Positions 59,894 through 64,000 of a DNA stretch of 64,000 nucleotides are shown here, in pieces. The stretch lies in the sequence record NZ_CP142098.1. One strand, written 5' to 3'. The stretch is from a plasmid. The translations under genes were made by a program, and so were the position numbers. The notes under the pieces were generated by a model. That model did no database searches, was not told the DNA's origin, and worked only from the letters and a program-made list of their open reading frames with translations. Positions within the stretch are counted from its first letter, which is position 1. Each line of letters begins with the position of its first letter.

Positions 59894-60298
59894 TTAACCA
59901 GCAGTTACTGGCTGCATTCCCAACTGTTTCTGACTGCGGTTTGCGACCTGGTCAAGTGCCAATAATGCAGCGCCGGCTATAATTGCAATCATGATGTGAG
60001 AAACTTTAATCTGAGGGTTATTCTTCTTAGATATCATCATGATAATTCCGGAAGCTATTAAAATAAGGCCGATCACACCGCTAGATTTAACAAAGGGGTC
60101 TTTCAGTGAAATTATCCCGTTAAGGACGTTTGTGATTGAGTCGGCAATATCATCGTCTGCATGAGCCAGCGGGGCAACGACCATGCTAACCACAGCGGCC
60201 AGAATACTGGCGATATGTCGACGAATGGCATCGGCCACCATATAGATTTTGACTGCCGCGTGCAGGGGAGCATTTTTCAGGGTTTTCAGAACGTTCAT
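59894..60298 (-). CDS. traS: TraS-like small membrane protein
   Basis: 134 aa with transmembrane helices. Position in the R64-like order. Confidence 0.4.
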   Translation of the reverse strand: MNVLKTLKNAPLHAAVKIYMVADAIRRHIASILAAVVSMVVAPLAHADDDIADSITNVLNGIISLKDPFVKSSGVIGLILIASGIIMMISKKNNPQIKVSHIMIAIIAGAALLALDQVANRSQKQLGMQPVTAG

Positions 60299-60313
60299 TT
60301 CTACCTCGTAGTT

Positions 60314-60844
60314 TTACCAATGGATATTAAGAGTGTTTTGCAGTGCATCGAGTACACGCGGATTGGCGGCGAGCATAGTGCCGATGATCAGGCGCTTTGC
60401 GCCGCTAACAACGTCATCACCGGCACTGAGCCCGGTGTGGCCGTCTTTCTGTGAACGCCGCAGGCGCAAAAGCCCCTGAAGCGCGTAAATCACGCCGACC
60501 AGTTGTAACAAGGTCAGGGTTGCGTTGATGGCCGTGGCGGCCGGGCCGTATTTTCCTTCGGAGACATAGGCGATGGCGCCAAAGGTCACGCTACCGAGTG
60601 CCATCTGGTTCGATGTAGCGTTCATCACCTGGTGAAGGGCGATAGTGGCTCCGCACATCACGACAACGGTGACAATTTTGCCGGCGCCGTCCTGTACCTG
60701 CCCGCGTCGGGCTTTGCCGGCGATGCTGCTCAAGTGCATGGCCATCATGACCAACCCACCAACTAAACCGATCGCCAGCACCAGGCGAATACCGACGTCT
60801 GTCACATTGTTGACTGCGTTGGCCAGCATCTGGACCAAATCCAT
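60314..60844 (-). CDS. traR: TraR-like membrane protein
   Basis: 176 aa polytopic protein. Position in the R64-like order. Confidence 0.45.
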   Translation of the reverse strand: MDLVQMLANAVNNVTDVGIRLVLAIGLVGGLVMMAMHLSSIAGKARRGQVQDGAGKIVTVVVMCGATIALHQVMNATSNQMALGSVTFGAIAYVSEGKYGPAATAINATLTLLQLVGVIYALQGLLRLRRSQKDGHTGLSAGDDVVSGAKRLIIGTMLAANPRVLDALQNTLNIHW

Positions 60845-60852
60845 AGCGTTCC

Positions 60853-61623
60853 TTACCGAATGGTTCCGGCGGAGGTGATCACCTCACGTTTTTCAGTATC
60901 GATACGCAGTACTGTTGCGCGCCCCAGGGCATCGCCTGGTCGTAATGCCCAACTACTCCCCTGATAAGTCACCCAAGCCAGGTCCGGATACAGACTGGTT
61001 ATCGAGGCTCCTTTGAGGCTGTGGTTCGCGTTTGAGCGACGTGAGGCAGTATTTCCGGTTGGCTTAGCGGTAGGCATAACCGCAGCAGGTTGGGGCTGTC
61101 TTACAGCTTGTGCAGCAACTTGCTGCTCAAGAGCACGCAAGCGCTGATCCAGTGATTTGAGACCTTCTCGATTATCGCGAGCGTATACCCACACGTTGTC
61201 TAAAGCTTGTGCCGTTGCCTGCTGCGCATTGTCCTCGACGTTAGTTAGCGATGAGGTTTCACCGACAGGTTCAAGTTCGCGATCTGCTGATTCGATATGC
61301 ACTCCTGCTTGGGGGGACCGGGGTGCTGCTGGCGCTGGAGTTGGAGCTGGCGTGGGCTGTATTGGTGTCTCTTGAGTCACGAATTGGGTGCTGCCGCTAC
61401 TACCACTGGACTGTGGTGTGTTGCGTAGCACACCATAGGTGATGATGGCTAACAGCGTGATTATTAGGGCGATCATCTGAAGACGTGTAACTTTTAAGCC
61501 TAAGGGCAATGTGATCAGCCGTGGTTCTGATGGCTTACGAACGATCGAAGTCTCTGCCTCGATTGGTTCATCCAGTTGCTCGTCCGGGGGGGGGTTATTC
61601 AGGTCGAAATGAGACTTAGACAT
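60853..61623 (-). CDS. traQ: TraQ-like protein (single transmembrane helix, Pro/Ala-rich linker)
   Basis: Position and size match R64 traQ. Confidence 0.45.
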   Translation of the reverse strand: MSKSHFDLNNPPPDEQLDEPIEAETSIVRKPSEPRLITLPLGLKVTRLQMIALIITLLAIITYGVLRNTPQSSGSSGSTQFVTQETPIQPTPAPTPAPAAPRSPQAGVHIESADRELEPVGETSSLTNVEDNAQQATAQALDNVWVYARDNREGLKSLDQRLRALEQQVAAQAVRQPQPAAVMPTAKPTGNTASRRSNANHSLKGASITSLYPDLAWVTYQGSSWALRPGDALGRATVLRIDTEKREVITSAGTIR

Positions 61624-62837
61624 TAACGCTCTCCTGCGAGGGATGTGGTAATAGCATCCCGATTGATGCGATCGCTGGCGTATACGCCTTTCATGAAATG
61701 AATCGCGATGGTTTGGTTTTTGAAGACTTTCACCTGTTTGACCGGTAGCCGTGCCGCGTCGGCCGCCATCACCTGCCCGGCTTGAGTACCGATACCGCCG
61801 GCGACGGTGCCCGCGAGGGCTGAACCTTTCACCTGTCCTGTACCGCCGCTGATGGTGCCGGCATTGGTGGCAAGGATTTGGGTATTTTGCTGTTCGTACA
61901 GCTGACCGGCTTTCCCTATGCCCATGGCCAATGCAGGCAGCAAGATGCGACTGACGTACCGATTATTGACGTCGCTGGCGACGGTAGATTGCAGGGTGTC
62001 GTCCTGCAGCGCGTAGGCATCAACCTGGTAGTCGACGCCATTAAGCGTCATACGAGTGAAGTGGATCACGACACCATCGCCAGCCAACTGTATGCCCTTA
62101 GCGGTGAATTCTGCGCCGGCAAACTGACCGGCGGGTATGTGGGCCAGCACCAGTGAGTTGAGGTTGTCAGAATCGATGGCATTGTCGACCACCGCCGGGC
62201 GGCGAGTGTTTGGCGGCACAATGACGGCATCACCAGATGTACGAGCTGAGGAAGGGATTTCCGCGGATACAGTTGCCTCTCTTCCTGGCAGGCTCTGTGA
62301 CCACTGACTGAAAGCGTTATTGCCGTTCCCTGGTTCGTGTTCCCCTGCAGCTGGTGCCTGCCCAAAGGTGCCAGCTAACTGCATGTTTCCCGGTCGCCAG
62401 CGATCATTGAGTAGCTTCAGATAGCTTTTTAACGCTGCTTTTTGATCCTCTTGGATGGCTCCGCCAGACTGCGGAACTGAGGTAGTGTCGGTTTCCGCGG
62501 TTGTTTTAAGGGCTACCGGCGGAGGCGGCTCATTTGGTGTTTCGATTTGCACATCACTCATGCGTAATGAAGCGATAAAACTACCATCGCTGGCAGCTGC
62601 CGCTTCTGAACCAATACGGTTACCCGTTTTGATCAACTGCTGATATTGCGCAGTTTCCTGAGAGGTAACCGGCGCGCTATTGGCCAGGTTGTTAATAGCG
62701 TATTGCGATGGGGTCGGCGCCGGTTGGTGCAAATAGCCCCAGCCCACAAATAACAGCGCGAGCAGGCCGATACCTCCGGATAACAGCAGGAGCAGGCTTT
62801 TTTTGCCGTCACTCGCCGCATCTTTTTCGATGGCCAT
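61623..62837 (-). CDS. traP: TraP-like protein
   Basis: 404 aa with an N-terminal transmembrane helix. Position in the R64-like order. Confidence 0.5.
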   Translation of the reverse strand: MAIEKDAASDGKKSLLLLLSGGIGLLALLFVGWGYLHQPAPTPSQYAINNLANSAPVTSQETAQYQQLIKTGNRIGSEAAAASDGSFIASLRMSDVQIETPNEPPPPVALKTTAETDTTSVPQSGGAIQEDQKAALKSYLKLLNDRWRPGNMQLAGTFGQAPAAGEHEPGNGNNAFSQWSQSLPGREATVSAEIPSSARTSGDAVIVPPNTRRPAVVDNAIDSDNLNSLVLAHIPAGQFAGAEFTAKGIQLAGDGVVIHFTRMTLNGVDYQVDAYALQDDTLQSTVASDVNNRYVSRILLPALAMGIGKAGQLYEQQNTQILATNAGTISGGTGQVKGSALAGTVAGGIGTQAGQVMAADAARLPVKQVKVFKNQTIAIHFMKGVYASDRINRDAITTSLAGER

Positions 62838-62841
62838 AAGG

Positions 62842-63831
62842 TTACTCCAGATTGATGGTCAGTGGTGTATTGCGGCCCTGCACAGAGAACACCACCTCCG
62901 GAGTGAGCGGCAGTTTCCACACATGGGTGCCGTCAGCCGCGGAAGAGGTTTCAACAAATGCATCGCGTAATTCGCTTCGTGAGCGGATATAGAGGTCGTC
63001 TCCCATCTGCCAAACGGCAGTCAACGGAACTCCACCGCCAGTTTTGAGATGACGGGCGCCATCGGGCGGGACGCCGTCCAGAAACGCCTGCAGCGTAGGA
63101 TTATCGAGGCTGATTTTCTCGCGTGCGATCGGCAGGGCTTTTGCCGATGGTCCGCGAAGAGGGATCCTCAGGTTTAGACTGCTGTCGGTGATCTGGGCCC
63201 TGCCGGCGTTGTCCGGTTCGCCACTGGTCAGTGCTATGACGACGGGAACCGGTAATCCCTTCAGGTAGACCGTTACGCTGCCGGTGTCGTAAGCGCGCCG
63301 GGCCTGAACGGACATAGCTGGGCTGTCGGGAATGTAATTCACTTCAAAACCAGCGTTGTTGCCATTAAGAGGTGGTGCTGCAATCGGCCACGGCGCCCCG
63401 GTTTCGTCTGTAAACGAAACAGAGCTCGGGAAATTCGGTAGGGCGCGGAGCATCGGCAATGAGGCACCTGGCGACAGGTTGACTGTCAGAGAGCTAACCC
63501 GTGGTACCGCTGTTACCGGTGAACGGCTTTCACTGCGTTGAAGTTGGTCAAAAGTATTACGTAGGCTGTCCACCTCGCGTGGTGAGAGCGGCGCCATTTG
63601 CTTTTGGGCATAATCCAGCGCCGGCAAAGGCAGCGGTGGCGAGCCATCCTCCGGTAAGGACGTTGTTGGCTCAGGTGTTGTTGTTACGGGGACATGTTGC
63701 GGGGCATTGACAGGTGCCTCGCTCAACGTTTGTGCCGGTTTCCAGGCGGGGGCAGGCGCAACTTCGGTTGTAGCCGCGCCTGCTGCTTGCGCCAGGGTCA
63801 GCAGAAGCAAACCGGTCAGAGGGGTTTTCAT
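62842..63831 (-). CDS. traO: TraO-like secreted protein (DotG/IcmE-like C-terminal domain)
   Basis: Signal peptide MKTPLTGLLLLTLAQAAGA followed by a Pro-rich region and a beta-rich C-terminus. Confidence 0.5.
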   Translation of the reverse strand: MKTPLTGLLLLTLAQAAGAATTEVAPAPAWKPAQTLSEAPVNAPQHVPVTTTPEPTTSLPEDGSPPLPLPALDYAQKQMAPLSPREVDSLRNTFDQLQRSESRSPVTAVPRVSSLTVNLSPGASLPMLRALPNFPSSVSFTDETGAPWPIAAPPLNGNNAGFEVNYIPDSPAMSVQARRAYDTGSVTVYLKGLPVPVVIALTSGEPDNAGRAQITDSSLNLRIPLRGPSAKALPIAREKISLDNPTLQAFLDGVPPDGARHLKTGGGVPLTAVWQMGDDLYIRSRSELRDAFVETSSAADGTHVWKLPLTPEVVFSVQGRNTPLTINLE

Positions 63832-63832
63832 G

Positions 63833-64000
63833 TTATTTAGCCTCGAAAGTAATGAGCTGGGACACTTCCATGCCGGTGTGTTTAAGACGGGGGTCGGTAC
63901 GCTGGATAAGCAGTGACATCACAAATGACTGTTCGGGCAACGATGTCACTTGGCCGGTGAGCTTGAGTTTTATCGGATATTGGATCTTCCAGGCATAAAT
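63833..64000 (-). CDS. traN: 3' end of the next T4BSS gene (traN-like), truncated by the window edge
   Basis: Reading frame ends 1 nt before the traO start and continues beyond the window. Confidence 0.35.
   Translation of the reverse strand: MYAWKIQYPIKLKLTGQVTSLPEQSFVMSLLIQRTDPRLKHTGMEVSQLITFEAK

Overview
This window is a segment of a large conjugative multireplicon plasmid of Enterobacterales (Klebsiella/Enterobacter-like GC content), laid out as follows.

- Replication (1-3.6 kb): the 3' part of IncFII repA1 with its origin region, then an iteron-flanked Rep_3 (RepFIB-like) repB replicon.
- Cargo and SOS block (4-8.6 kb): a low-GC OafA-type acyltransferase and a LexA-box-controlled umuDC mutagenesis operon next to a SRAP/YedK-type SOS peptidase.
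- Uncharacterised accessory island (8.7-20.6 kb):
  - a small membrane peptide plus a 331-aa unknown protein;
  - an STM2901-like/DUF1493 pair;
  - a low-GC nucleotidyltransferase-like plus PD-(D/E)xK-like gene pair;
  - a KAP-family P-loop NTPase translationally coupled to a 72%-GC ribbon-helix-helix protein, with a duplicated fragment of the partner gene downstream;
  - a HEPN-motif protein in a three-gene operon.
- Recombinase and partition (20.6-28.3 kb): a tyrosine recombinase with decayed paralog fragments, a ParA/ParG-like type Ib partition locus with 8-bp centromere repeat arrays, and a parMR (type II) locus with palindromic parC iterons.
- Transporter IS (28.8-32.7 kb): a 3.9-kb IS66-family element with imperfect terminal inverted repeats and an 8-bp target duplication TCTTGGGG. 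It carries tnpA/tnpB/tnpC plus a passenger PL1 pectate lyase gene and interrupts a tandem-HTH regulator gene.
- Leading region (24.3-43.5 kb): an anti-defence island in which eight copies of a modular GC-rich repeat resembling single-strand promoter/ssi elements each precede a plus-strand gene. These are an orphan methyltransferase-like gene, an ArdB/KlcA-like gene, a ParB-like nuclease-domain protein, psiB-psiA, a DUF932 gene and several unknowns. A Phd/RelE toxin-antitoxin pair with a palindromic operator also sits here.
- Transfer region (43.6-64 kb): an IncI1 (R64-like) type IVB system: oriT, nikA, nikB, a PLD-nuclease fragment, and trbC-trbB-trbA-excA-traY-X-W-U-T-S-R-Q-P-O-(traN partial) on the minus strand.

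No rRNA, tRNA or CRISPR arrays were recognised.
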